In this document: piece by piece, positions 12,750-25,901 of the stretch
Numbering within the stretch: position 1 is the stretch's first letter
How the letters are laid out: each line of letters opens with the position of its first letter
From: Felis catus
Taxonomy: Eukaryota
NCBI RefSeq assembly: GCF_018350175.1
Contig: NC_058373.1
Span: 110,424,001-110,488,000, forward strand
Length of the DNA: 64,000 bases
Direction: 5' to 3'
Program-made: the position numbers and the translations under genes
The notes under the pieces: model-generated
Told to the model about the DNA's origin: nothing
The model's input: the letters and a program-made list of their open reading frames with translations, nothing else
Databases searched by the model: none

Positions 12750-14995
12750 CAGGATTGATGACCTTGAAGTCAAATCAAAATAAGTAACCCAACTGAAGCA
12801 CAGACAGAAAAAATTTTTTTCAATTACATTCAAGACATGTGGTACACACTCAAAAGATCTAGCACGTTTGTAATTGGAGTTTCAAAATAAGAAAAGAGAA
12901 ACAAAAGGGTTGAAGAAATGGTGACTAAAAAAATTGCCAAACCTGATGACAGACATCAACCCACAGATTCAATAAACTCTGCAAATCTTAGGCATGATAA
13001 AGATAATAAACTCATACCAAGGCACATCATAGTCAGAGTGTTTACAATTAAAGACAGAAAAACCTAGATGCAACCACAGAGGGGAGAAAAAGACACACTG
13101 CCTTCAAAGATACAAGAAGACTGAGGGCTGACTTTTAACTAAAGCAGTCAGAAAATAACAGAATGACATCTTCAATGTGCTGGGGAAAAAAACCTGTTAT
13201 CCTAGAGTTTTATGCCCAATGAAAATACCATTCAAAAATTAAGATTAAATAAAGAAGTTTTCAGGGAAAAAAAAAAAAACAAACTGAAGGGACCTACTGC
13301 TATAAGAACTATAAGAAATACTAAATGAAATTCTTCAAGTTGATGGAAAATTAGCCCATTTTAGAAACACAGAATAGTAGAAAGGAATAAAGAACAACAG
13401 AATTGGTAAATGTGCAGAGAAACAGAAATAAGTACTAGCAGTTAATAATGACAATAATAATGTCTTGTAAGATTTATTACATTTGGAAAAGTACATGATA
13501 ATAGTACAGTGGCTACAGGGTAATTTAAAATGGAGTTAAAATATAAATTTCTTGGGGCGCCTGGGTGGCGCAGTCGGTCAAGTGTCCGGTTAAGCGTCCG
13601 ACTTCAGCCAGGTCACGATCTCGCGGTCCCTGAGTTCGAGCCCCGCGTCGGGCTCTGGGCTGATGGCTCAGAGCCTGGAGCCTGTTTCCGATTCTGTGTC
13701 TCCCTCTCTCTTTGCCCCTCCCCTGTTCATGCTCTGTGTCTCTCTGTCCCAAAAATAAATAAACGTTGAAAAAAAAATTTTTTTTTTAAATAAAAAATAA
13801 AAATATAAATTTCTTAATTTGGGGCAGAAATTATATAAGTTTTAATTTTAAGTTATCATAAGTCAAATACATATGCATTTTTTAATCTGTAGGTCAAGGG
13901 TAATCACTAAAGATAACAGAAGTATATAATTAAAACACAAAAGAAAGACACAATAATAAAATTAAAATATTTAATTCAAAGAAAGTGATAAAGGAAAAAT
14001 TAAGAAACTGTGTTAGGGTTCTCCAGAGAACAGAATGAATAGACTGTGTGTACATATGTAGAAAGAGATTTTATTTTAAGAAATTGGTTCATGTAATTAT
14101 GAAGCCTGGCAAGTCTAAAATCTATAGGGTAGACCAGCAGGCTGGAGACCCAGAGAAAAGCCAATGTTGTGCAACTGAAGTCTGAAGACAATCTGCTGGC
14201 AGAATTCCCTCTTACTCAGGGGAGGTCAATTTTTGTTTTGAATAGGACTTCAACTATTGAATGAGGCCACCCACATAATGGAGGGCATTCTGCTTTATTT
14301 AAAATCCACCACTTTAAATGTTAATCTCACCCAAAAACACTCTCACAGAACATCAAAAATACTATTTGACCAAATATCTGGGCATTGTGGCCCAGCCAAG
14401 CTGACCCATAAATTAACCATCATATGAACAAAGAATAGATGGGGAAAATAGACAATAAACATCAGCATGGTAGACTTAAATCCAACTTCATCAGAATTTA
14501 CTTTAAGCATCAATAGTCTAAACATTCCAATTTAAAAGCAAAGATTATACGATTGGATTAAAAGACACAAAGCTCAACTGTGTGCTGTTTACATAATAGA
14601 TAAGCTTTAAATGTAACAACACAGAATGGTTGAAGAAAAAATGGAAAAAAATTGCCATGCAAACACCAACTGAAAGAAATGTGGTTTCGCTAAGTTAATA
14701 TCAAAGTATCTCCCTCTCTCTGCCCCTCCCCTGCTCATGCTCTGTCTGTCTCTCTCTCAAAAGTAAATAAAACATTAAAAAAAAAAAGGTTTTTTTAATA
14801 TCAAAAGTGTGAGACACTGTGAGACAAGAAGTATCACATGAAATAAAGGGTGAGATTTCATGATAAAAAGGGGCAATTCAACAGAAAAGTAAAAATCTTA
14901 AATTTGTGTGCAAATTGTTTCACAATTAAAAAGTAAATGTTGACAGAACTATACAGGGAAAAACCCATAATAATTAAGTGCCAACTTTAACACAC
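12750..14995 (+). mobile_element. Old L1 ORF1 / ORF2-start fragment containing a SINE and an MLT2 LTR
   Basis: A-rich L1M-like ORF1 motifs (aacccacagattcaa, gaatgacatcttcaatgtgctg). Confidence 0.75.
14009..14424. mobile_element. MLT2-type (ERVL) LTR
   Basis: tgtgttagggttctccagagaa...aaattaaccatcata termini, characteristic of MLT2. Confidence 0.8.
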
Positions 14996-16823
14996 CTTTC
15001 TCAGTAACTTACTGAGTCTAAAAATCTCAGTCAATTTAGCCCTCGCTGCAAGGAGAGGCCAGGTAAAAGACCTGGAAATCTGACATGGCCTAAGAATCTT
15101 GGTACAGAATCTTCTCCAGAGTCCACTCCAGAGAACCTGCTTCCAGTCCTTCTCTCCCTCCTGTGACCTTGCTGTCAAGCTGTCACCTGGAGATGCAGTC
15201 ATCTTAAGTCTTGACTGGGGCTGACCGAAATTGTTAGAGGCCTAAGTTCCCCACTGGCTATTGGGAGCAGGCCTCAGTTTCTTGCCCAGAGGACTCTCCA
15301 GAGCATTGCTTGCTATGTCCTCATGACAGGGCAGCTGGTCTACCCAAATGAATGATGCAAGAGAAGGAGCAAGGAGGAAGTCATGGTGCCTTTTATGGCC
15401 TATTGACATCCCCCCACTTCTGCCATATTCCACTTACTAAAATCTAGTCACTAAGTCCTACACTCAAAAGCAGGGAAATGTGCCACCACCCTTTGAAGGA
15501 AACAGTATGAAAGAATTTGTGGTCTAATTTGCTGCAGGAATACTCTCTGTTAAGGTTTTTTCCCTAAAATAATGTTCCTAAAAGTTATATACCCCAGCAC
15601 TGGGGATAGAAAGATAAACAAGAAAGGCAAAAATCTTACAGAACTTACCACCTTCCATTATGACAAAACAATAAATGAGTATAAAAATTAATTTTAGATA
15701 GTGATAAGTGCTACAGATAGAAAAGGGTAAGTAATAGTATCAGGGAAGGTAAATAGAGTAATTTTTGACAGTGTGATTAGACAGGCCTCCCACAGGTATA
15801 TTAACATAAATGAGATCATATACATTCTATTAGATAATCCAACTTTATCATTCAACAACGCTCTCTGTCTTAACCAGCTAGGGCTGCAATAACAAAATAC
15901 CATAGTTTGGGTAGCTTAAACAGCAAACATTTATTTCTCATAGTTCTGGAGGCTGGGAACTCTGTCAAGGTGCCAGTCAATTCAGTTCTGGCGAGCACTT
16001 ACTTCACGGCTTTAGTGTCCTTACATGGCAGAGAGAAGAGAGCTCAGGTCCCCCTCTTCTTATAAGAACACTAATCCCATCATGGGGTCCCACCCTTGAG
16101 ACCTCATCTAAACCTAATCACCTCTCAAAGGTTCCACCTCCAAATACCATCACACTTAGGGTTAGGTCCTCAATACTTGAATTCTAGAAGGTCAAGTTTC
16201 AAGCTGTAGCAGGTGTCTTTCATATCTATACACTAATAGCTTTCCTTTATTTATTTACTTAAATTTTTTTTTGTTTATTTATTTTGAGAGAGAGAGCAAG
16301 TGGGGTAGGGGTAGAGAGAAAGGGGAGAGAGAGAATCCCAAGCAGGCCCCACAGTGTCAGTGCAAAGACCAATGTGGGGCTTGAACTCACAAACTGTGAG
16401 ATCATGACCTGAGCTGAAATCAAAAGTTGGATGCTTAAACCAAATGAGCCACTCATGTGCCCCTCTATACACTAACATCTTTCCTTTAAAACTATATCCA
16501 TCTTGATGAAAATTTGTTTTCTTCCCCAATTGTAAACAATGCTGTGATTAACACTCATATTGTATCATATGTGTGTGTATATATATATATATACATATAC
16601 ACACACACATACCTTTGTGTGCATGTATAAATATTTTTATAGGATAAGTGCCTACAAGTGAAATTACTTGGTCAAAAAAAGCACGATTTAAATTTTAGAT
16701 AACATCACTTCAGAAAGGTTGTAAAAACGTACACCTCCTCAAAAAAGGGTAAACACTGTTTCTGTAGTAGCTGTCAGTACAAACATATATATAAAAAGAT
16801 TTTATATCAAAAGACTTTATATA

Positions 16824-17124
16824 CAGTTGACCACTGAAGGAGGTGGGGTGGGGAAACGACCCTTTGCATAGTTGAAAAGTCCACATGACTTTTTAAAATA
16901 ACTTTTGACTCCCACTATTGGCCAGAAGCCTTACTGATAATATAAACAGTTGATTAAACACCTTTTGTATATGTATTATACACTGTATCTTTACAACAAA
17001 ACTAGAGAAAAGAAAATGTTAAGGAAATCACAAGGAAGAGAAAATACATTTACAGTGCTGTACAGTATTTATTTTTAAAAAATCCACGTGGATCCACGCA
17101 GTTCAAACCCATGTTATTTAACTG
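16824..17124. mobile_element. Tigger2-like MITE (second copy at ~34706-35035)
   Basis: TA|CAGTTGACC...GTTCAAACCCATGTT..AACTG|TA termini. Confidence 0.75.
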
Positions 17125-18689
17125 TATTTCTATTCTCTTACAGATGGGCCATTCTCAGTCTTCATTTTATCTGATCAATCTGTTAACATTTAACATTGTC
17201 CCCTCTTCCACAAATCACTTTCTTCATTTATCTTCTCAGGCTATATGCTCTCCTGGTTATCCTGGTCTCCTGGTTAACACACTACACTCCCATTTTCGAT
17301 CTTTCCTCCTGGTTCCCCCTCATCTCCTTGAATTTGACCATTCCCTTGGTCAAATGACATGTAACTTCACAGAATGAAATACCACATCTCCAACTAGATG
17401 TCTAAGAGACATCTAAAAAGCATCTAAAGCTGCATTCATAAGCTTAACTCAAAAACCTCATCCTTTCACAGCATTACCTTATTTTAACTTCGTAAACTGC
17501 GACTCCATCTTTCCAGTTGCTCAAACCAAATCCTTTTTCTCTTACATCCCAACTCCTCTCTTCTTTCAGATTTCTGCTCAAGACAGATCCTGCCTCCTAC
17601 CACTGTTCCCTATACTCCTGGTTTGCCTCTTTTTTTTAAATGCCATGTCTTGGGGCACCTGGGTGGCTCAGTTGGTTAAGCGTCCAACTTCAGGTCAGGT
17701 CTTGATCTTGCAGTTCATGGGTTTGAGCTTCACATCGGGCTCTGTGCTGATAGTTGAGCCCGGAGCCTGCTTTGGATTCTGTGTCTCCCTCTCTCTCTCG
17801 GCTCCTCCCCAACTCCTGTAGTCTCTCTCTCAAAAATTAAATAAACAGTTTTGTTTTTAATGCCACATCTCAATATCTAAAATTAGGGTGTTTCTTTAAT
17901 TGCTCATGGTCTCCTCTGCCAGAATATTAGACGAGGGTAGGAATTTAGCTGGTTCCTTATGGTATCTCCAGCATCTAGAGCAGTTTTATGTTGCTGTTGG
18001 CATAGTGGTGACTCAATAGTTATTTGCTCGATAAATGAGTGAACGGTACAGCCATACATAGATATAATTGAAAAGCAGGCTGATGAAGTGGCAAAGGCAA
18101 TACATTTAGAGATAAGGCATCGAGGGTTGGGGTTTAGCCTGGGCACAGCTATGTTTAGGCAATTTATCCTTCAATGTTGATTTGTTCACATGTAAAATGG
18201 GGTTTATGCCATACTCCTGAGCAAATGAAGCAGTTGATACAGTATTTCTTTGGATTGCAATACACAAGTTTCACCATTGGCAACACCTAGGAAAATATGC
18301 TTCGAGTCTCCTCTTAATTTCATCTACTCAGGTGTAACACGATTTGAGTGTACATCTTCAGAGTCTCTTATATACAGTACACTGTACCTTTAAAGGTCCA
18401 CTTGCGCAAACTTTTGAGAATAAAGGCAATTACTAGGGAAAAAATCGCCAGAGTCTAATTCCACTATGGTGACGGCTACACAACTATGTATATATGCTAA
18501 CAATCATTAACTGCACACTTAAAACAGGTGAATTTTATGCTATGTAAACTACATCCCAATAAAACCGTTAATAAAAACCCCCAAATAAAAAAAGTGAATC
18601 ACGTTCAATAAGTAAGCTCTGCCATCGGTTAGACACAGTTTAGGAAAGAAACCCCGGTATTTGGTAGAGTCCAAAGCGACCCGAACAAC

Positions 18690-18890
18690 CTGTCTTCAGA
18701 ACTGCATTGGGATAACTAAGCTGAAAGCTGTTAAGAACCTAGCCAGGTTCCTCCAGCAAAGAAAGCTTCATACTCGGAAACTGGCGGTACCAGTTCTCAT
18801 GAGATGCCTCCCTCCGGTCCTGTTCTACAAGCAAAACGCCATCTCACTTCTGCAGAGTGGACGCCTGCGGGGAGGTTGTGTCTCTCCCCC
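18690..18890 (-). other. ESR2: Homolog of ESR2 untranslated leader exon 0K
   Basis: Minus-strand blocks CGCAGGCGTCCACTCTGCAGAAG..AGATGGCG, TGCTGGAGGAACC and AGTTATCCCAATGCAGTTCTGAAG are collinear with human exon 0K as I recall it; consistent with TEX21 adjacency. Not verified by alignment. Confidence 0.65.
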
Positions 18891-19760
18891 AACACCCCCC
18901 CCACACACACACACACGTGGGTCACTTGGAGTCTAATTCAAGTAGCGTCCGTCCTCTCCAACCCCAGATCTGCGCGGGGAAGCTGACGACCCTTCTCGCA
19001 CTGACCGACCCCGAGGTTACCCCGGGCACTGGGAGCCACGCGGCGCTCCAGCTCAGAATGGCCTCGCACAGCGCATAGGCTTCGACCTTGGCCAAGGAGT
19101 CACCTGAGTTTTTAAAACGGTTACGGGGGCCGCCCGGACCCTCGGACTTGGGGCTGTGGGCGCCACCACAGCCTGCCCGCGCGGGAACTCGCTCAGAATT
19201 CCCCCGGGGTGAGCACCGCGCGCAGCCGGGAACGCCCTGGCCGCCAGTGCCCCGCTCCCGCGCGCGCGAAACTGTTCTCCCGCGAGACCGCCCCTCCTTT
19301 GGGCTGGGCTGGAATCGCGAGGTCCCCGCCCCACACGAAGGCGCGAACTGAAACGGCTGTTCCACCTTCCAATCATTTCCGCCAGCGAGTCACCAGCAAG
19401 GTCCTCTGCGTCTTTTTCGCCCACTTCCGCCTTCAGCGTCGCTCGTCTACCGCCCCGATTACGAGCGTCTTCCGTTCCCGCCCGGCGCAGCATCCCCGGC
19501 GCAGCCCAGTTCCGCGCGGCGCGGCGCAGGCGCAGTAGTGCGGGTCGTCTGCACCGTAGCTAATGACGGGCGGGGCTGCTGCGCGCAGCCGGGGAAAGGA
19601 TCCCCCCTGCGTTTTGGCCGCATCCATTGTAGAATCTTGAATGGGACTCCTGCCCAAGCACGTGGTTTCCGTAGAAGCAGCTGCACTTGTTGCTAGCATG
19701 TGTTGGGCCGCGGGCGAGCGTTCAGAGTAGGGTGGTCCTCATGGTCCCTCTTTTGCTGAA
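18850..19760. promoter_or_regulatory. CpG-island promoter (probable ESR2 distal 0K promoter region)
   Basis: The only long non-repeat CpG/GC-rich stretch in the window. Motifs: E2F GCGCGAAA 19264-19271, BANP-like TCCCGCGAGA 19278-19287, GC box 19324-19332, CCAAT 19369-19373, ETS ACTTCCG 19423-19429, NRF1-like GCGCAGGCGCA 19524-19534, E-boxes CACGTG 18914-18919 and 19659-19664. Confidence 0.88.
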
Positions 19761-19921
19761 GGGGACACTGCACATAGGCCCGGAGAGAGGTTGTTGATCT
19801 CCCAGCCTTTCACGCCTGAAAATGGCCCTTTCATTTGAGGGAAAGGTCTCCGGACAGAAAGTGCCTGGCTATGCCTGCTGGCTCCTGTCTTGGGTTAACA
19901 AGCTCCGTTTGACCCGAAAAA

Positions 19922-20546
19922 TGTTGCTGCTAGGCTAGTTGTATGATTGGGAAAAGATGGGATACAATAGGCAGAGAGGGAAAGGTCAGGACCTGAGGTC
20001 TCAGGGTGAGGAAAAACACCTATTTTGGAACAATGCTGGGAGTGTCTGACCTTAGCAAACTTCCTCAGGCATAAGGTTCCTCTTTGGAATGTAACAGACA
20101 CCAGCTACTCCCCCTCAGGATTCCCTCAGGAATTAGATCAAAGACCTAACTAAAAATCAGTACCATAAAACTTATGACCCGCAAGGAATGGTATGGTCAT
20201 AGACATACAATGGAAATGAGCCAATCAGCAATGGACAACCCAGCTCGTAGAGCTATCAAGCCAGTTAGGGTAGAACCTGAGAAGGAACAAGGGGGAAGAG
20301 AAAGAGAGGGTGACCAGAATCTTATATAACAAAGGTCCTTGCCTATTTTCCGGGGGCACTCACTTTGGAATGCTCCCTCTCTGTAAGGAGAGCTTTCTTC
20401 CATACTATTCTTCCTTTCTGATCTTATACTCCAATAAACTTTTGCCTGCTGCTCACTTCATGTCCACCTCTTCATTCTTCAAAGCAGCGAGACAACGAAC
20501 CCTGGGTTTTGAGGTAAAAAAAAAAAAAAAAAAAAATCCTGCAACA
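19922..20546 (+). mobile_element. Solo ERV1-type LTR adjacent to the CpG island
   Basis: TGTTGC...GCAACA ends, CCAAT at 20221, TATA-like CTTATATAA at 20321, AATAAA at ~20433; no clear TSD. Confidence 0.75.
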
Positions 20547-21116
20547 ATTGGGCTGCCTGAAACCCCAGAGTCACAAGTCAGAAATCCAGGCCACACTTCC
20601 TAATTTTGAGGTCAATTTTAAAATTTTTTGTTCAACCCAACACTTGACCAAGGGTTAGAAGGCTGGTTAATAACCGATAGGCAACAAGAACTTTCTCCTT
20701 CCAGGCCGCTGCTTTCCCCACTGTTAAGAGTTTTACTGCCTGCTAAGTGGAGGCCCATAAATTTACCATTTCTCCTCAAACTCATGCTGTCTTCCATTTG
20801 CCACATCCCCAGTCTTAGACCTAGAGTCACTTTCTAGTTTGGCCCCTAAGAAAATTCATCAATCCAGTTGACCCCTCCCTATCCCACAAACGAAGGAGAT
20901 CTGATTGCTTAGCTAGTGGATCTGGTTGTCATCGTTAACTCTACTTTTGGTCATTTGGGCAGTTTCTAGTTTGGGGCGATTATCAACAATGTTGCCATAA
21001 TCTGTAAATGTCTTTTTGTGGAATCTATTATGCATTTCTACTAGGTAGGTATATATGTAGGAGTAGAATTGCCTGTTTAAAGCCATGCATGTATTCAGTT
21101 TGGGTACATGTGAACT

Positions 21117-21570
21117 ATGGTAGGCAGAATAATGGCTCCCCCAAAATGTCTATATCCTGATCCCTGCAATCTGTATTTTGGGCTTACCTGGCAAAAGGAA
21201 ATTAAGGTTGCTCATCAGCTGACTTTAAAATAATTATTTTGGATTGTCCAGGTGTGGCCAGTGTAATCACAAGAGTACTTAAAAGGGGAGGAGGGAAACA
21301 GGACGGAGAGAACTAGAGAAATGGTAGTGTGAGGAAGGCTGGGAGGGCCTGATGTCCCTGGTTTTGAAGGTGAAAAGTGGTGGCAATGAGCCAAGAGGAT
21401 GTGCATCTTCTAGAACTTGGGGAAGGCAAGGAAATAGATTTTCTCCTCTCCAGAAATGACATGTAGCCCTGCCAACACCTGATGAGACTTCCAGAAATGT
21501 AGGATAATAAATATTGTTCCAGCCACAAAGTTTGGACAATTTGTTACAGCAGCAACAGGAAACAAATACA
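21117..21570. mobile_element. MaLR MLT1D-like LTR
   Basis: tatggtaggcagaataatggctcccc...tttgttacagcagcaacaggaaac. Related pieces at 10857-11040 and 56615-57712 (the latter split by SINEs). Confidence 0.8.
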
Positions 21571-24165
21571 CTGCCACAACTGCTTCCCAAAGAAGTTTTG
21601 TCAATTCATAGACTTAGGGCTCTTTGAAAAAATATCCAGCCTTCAGCCCTATACCTCTCTAACCAAACTGGTATCTCATGATGGTCGGGGGTGGGGGTGT
21701 GGGGAGGTGGGCGGGGGCGGCGCAGTGGTAATTAAATTCATTAGATGATTCTGATACATCCTGAAGTTGAGAACTACTTATCTGAAGCCTTAAAGCTAAA
21801 CCCAGTTCTCAACATTGAAGAATGTGGTAGTGATTTGACCACAGGATTGAAAGCAGTTCTCATAAAGACAGTTCCGGATGCTAGAAGGGTCCTTCTCCCT
21901 TGTCTACTCAAGAATTAGCATAGCTAAAAGGAAAAGAAAAAAAATAATTAGCATAGCCAGGGGCCACAGGGGGCCACTGGAGTCCATGGCTGATGCACTG
22001 AAGCCCAGCGGGTCTACTAAAGGGAAGCCTTTTAAGCTCCTAGGAATGTTAGATGTCAAAAACGTTTCCTGTGCACAGGATCTGATTATCACCAAGTTCA
22101 TTGGGATCTCTTGTGGCTGGACATTTCTTGTTAACTAGTAGAATTAGAAGATCATGTGATGTTGGAGTAAGACTCATCTTCATGCCTTTAGGATGCTGGT
22201 TCCCATTGTAGGTATAATTATGTAAAGCTAAGAATCCAGGAAAGAATTGCCAGAGAAGGAATTAAAAATAGGATTTTCCCTGAAAGTACCCACCATGTTC
22301 CTGAAATGAAACAAACCAATGACAACAGCAGCAAGTAGGCGATGTTAAGCACAGAAAGCCCAAATGCAGCTCACTGAAGTCAATGTGAACAAAGCTGAGG
22401 TCAACTAAGGGCACGTGGGTGGCTCAGTTGATTGTCTGACTTCATGCTCAAGGCGTGATCTCACGGTTTGTGAGTGTGAGTTCGAGCCCCACGTCAAGCT
22501 TGCTGCTGTCAGCCCAGAGTCCGCTTCGGACCCTCTGTCCCCCCCTCTCTCTGCCCCTCCTCCACTTGCTCGCTGTCTCTCTCTCAAAAATAAGTAATAA
22601 ACCTTAAAAAAAAAAAAAAGCTGAGGTCAACTATATCAAACATCATATGTACCATATAGGCTTTCAATCAAGTATGTGTAAGTTAAAAAAAAGATTAATA
22701 TAGCTAACCTTTTACACTGCTCCATGGCTGAACAATCAGTTACTACTGACACAATTCATAAAGCAGCATTAAGGCTAAGGCCTCTTTGTATTTACAGAAG
22801 ATCTTTCTTTAATGTGTTTATAAAATGGCTCTTTCAGAAACTGCCACACCTTGGCACCTTTATTTTCATGGAAATCATGACCTTAGGCACTGGTAGTATT
22901 CGCAATTCCTCAGAAAAGGGGAGCTCTGGGCAGCAGGGGATACAGTCCCCCCAGCCCTGTTTGCTGAAGCCGCAGCAGGTGCTGACCTTGGGCCATGGCC
23001 CTGGGGGGATCCTGAACAAGAAGGTGGTTCTTACAGCTTCAGCAGGTTGGGCTGCGGGTGGAAGCTCTGGACAGGGCATCCCTGCCTTTCCTGTTTTGCC
23101 AGGGCCCAAGGTAATCTTTGAGAGGAAAGCTAAGTGAGCTGCTTGCGTTGCAGTCAGAAGCCTGGAGTCAACTTCCCAGGCAGTGATTCCACCAACTACT
23201 GGCCTCTGCTTGGCATCAAATTTATGTGTCCTGAGAAGCCTCGGGCAGTTTCCATCACAAAGATATGATATCAAAAGGAATGAAGAGTGATCCAATATTG
23301 AAACTATGAAACTACTTGGAGCTGATAGTTCAAGTATTTTCCTGGCAAATGTCATGTATCACTGTTTTCCCTTAAAATTTGAAATATTCTGGGGTGCCTG
23401 AGTGGTTCAGTTGGTTGAGCGTCCAACTGTTTTTTTTTTTTTTATTAACTGTTTTAAATGGTTCATTTATTTTTGAGAGAGACAGAGCATGAGGGGGGGG
23501 CAGAGAGAGAGGGAGACAGAATCCGAAGCAGGCTCCAGGCTCTGAGCTGTCAGCACAAAGCCCGACGTGGCGCTCAAACTCGTGAACCATGAGATCATGA
23601 CCTGAACTGAAGACGGACGCTTAACTGACTGAGCCACCCAGGCGCCCCTGAGTGTCCAACTCTTGATTTTGGCTCAAGTCATGATCCCAGGATCATGGGA
23701 TCAAGTGGAGCCTGCTTAAGATTCTCCCTCCTTCTCTCTCTCTCTCTCTCTTCTTCTGCCCCTTCTCCTGCTTGCAGACTCTTTCTGTCTCTAAAATAAA
23801 AAAAATAAAAAAAAAACATTTTTTTTTTAATGTTTATTCATTTTTTGAAAGACAGAGAGAAACAGAGCACAAGCAGGGGTGGGGCAAAGAGAGGGGGACA
23901 CAGAATCTGAAGCAGACCCCAGGCTCTGAGCTGTCAGCACAGAGCCCAACGCGGGGCTCGAACTCATGAACTGCAAGATCATGACCAGAACTGAAGTTGG
24001 ATGCTCAGCCGAATGAGCCACCCAGGCACCCCTTAAAAAATGTTTTTTTAATTGGAATAAGCTATGGCATGCTACGATCCCTGCAGTACACCAGAGTGTC
24101 CTGTCACACAATGTGAGAACCACAGCCATGACCATTTAGAAACATTTGCAATTCTCATTTTGTCC

Positions 24166-24533
24166 TGAAAGGGCGGGCCTACCAACTCCATCTTGTTCTG
24201 TGTCCTTCACCTTGACCACGCCTCCTCCCCTTGAGTAATCTCCCGGTCACCCGTTCAAACTTTCCGATCAAAACACGCCCAGCGACCTGCGTAACAGGAC
24301 CCTGACCCTTCCCCAGCCAATTGGCTGAGGCCACAGCCATTACCTCACCAACTGCCCCTAGGCCCCAATAAAACCTTTGTCCTTTTGAAACTCGCTCTCT
24401 CTCCGGCTTCTCACCGATGCGTCGGTGCAGGTAGGGGATTGAGCTCGAGCTAGGTCGAATAAAGTCTCTTTTGCTTTTGCATCGGACTGGGCTCCCTAGT
24501 TGTCTTTGGGGATCACGAGTTCTGGGCATAACA
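24166..24533 (+). mobile_element. Young solo gammaretrovirus-like (ERV1) LTR (368 bp)
   Basis: TGAAAGGG...CATAACA, perfect 4-bp TSD GTCC, CCAAT at ~24317, AATAAA at ~24367 and ~24458, CpG-rich. Confidence 0.9.
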
Positions 24534-25749
24534 GTCCTTGATTGAGTATTCAAGATAATCATTTTCTCCAAAGTACAACCTCTCTAAGCTCCAGTATAAC
24601 CTGACTCTTTCCACCTTGAAGATTCTTCTAAAACTAAGCTCCACAGGAGATATTTTTAGATGACCACAGCAGATACTGAGGGTCCAGATTCTGACTTGTT
24701 CCTATGGAGGACATTTTGGATAAGTCTAAAACTACCTTGGAAGAGGAACAGTTTCCTATTTTAAATGCAATAAATAATAAATTATAATAACTTTATTTAT
24801 TTATTTTGAGAGAGAGAGAGAGAGGGTGTAAGTAAGCAAGGGGCAGAGAGAAAGAGAGAGATTGAGATTGAGAAGCAGCCTCACCCAATTTGGGGCTCCT
24901 GCTTACCCAGTGTGGGACTCGAATTCACAAAGCATGAAATCATGACCTGAGCCAAGTCAGATGCTCAACGACTGAGCCATCAAGGCACCCTCATTTTATT
25001 TCCGGGATAGCCCACACGTGTGTGTGCGCATGAGCAGGGGAGGTAGAGAGAGGAAGAGAGAGAACCCAAGCAGGCTCCATGCTCAGAGCAGAGCCCAACA
25101 TGGGGCCTGATGCCATGACCCTGGGATCATGACCTGAGCTGAAATCAAGAGTTAGATATTCAACTGACTGAGCCACTCAGCACCCCAAGAAGTTATAATT
25201 GTTTAAAATGTAGCCATTAACTTCAGGGTGCCTGGGTGGCTCAGTCAGTTATGTGTCTGACTCGAATTCGATTTCGGCTCAGGTCATGATTTCACAGTTT
25301 GTGAGGTCAAGCTCTGCATGGGGCTCCACAGTGGCAGTGCGGAGCCTGCTTGGGATTCTCACTCTCCCTCCCTCTCTGCCCCTCCCCTACTTGATCTCTC
25401 TCTCTCAAAATAAATAAACTTTTTTAAAAACCTTTAAAAAGTAAGTATTCTTAATGACTTTTTTTACCATTCAACGTTTCGTATCTGATTTTCACACTCT
25501 CAGTTAATCAAATAGATAAGACAGATTCAAAGTATAGAACACAACTGTACCTGGATTTGTAAGCGGGTATACCCAGGAAATTGTTCACTCTAGAAATAAA
25601 TAGGCTGTTAACTATAAATATAAATATTACAACTAAGAACACAGGTCCTGATTAATACCCTGCTGAAAATACAATTAATAATAAATATAATTAGATATTG
25701 TATATTGCAAGTAACAATCTAGACTAGACCATAAATAAATGTGTAGAAC

Positions 25750-25815
25750 ACGACAATGACAAAGAAAAGTTAAATGCCAAATATCAAAGGTGAGAAATTC
25801 CCAGTGCATTTTATT
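25750..25815 (-). terminator. Polyadenylation signal of the coiled-coil gene
   Basis: Minus-strand AATAAA at 25815-25810, about 90 nt past the stop, followed by a U/GU-rich tract (ttttctttgtcattgtcgtgttct). A second AATAAA overlaps the stop codon. Confidence 0.7.
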
Positions 25816-25901
25816 CATAACATAGCTGCATTCAAGATGCTACAGGAGATGCCCGTATCTACTGAGTTCTTGTCGGGAGTAATGAAAAAGACAGAACGTT
25901 T

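Noticed and set aside
18661..19699. Overlapping ORFs up to 147 aa in the CpG island
   Set aside because: Expected from stop-codon scarcity in GC-rich DNA; they show low-complexity R/G/A/P composition and no recognisable protein.
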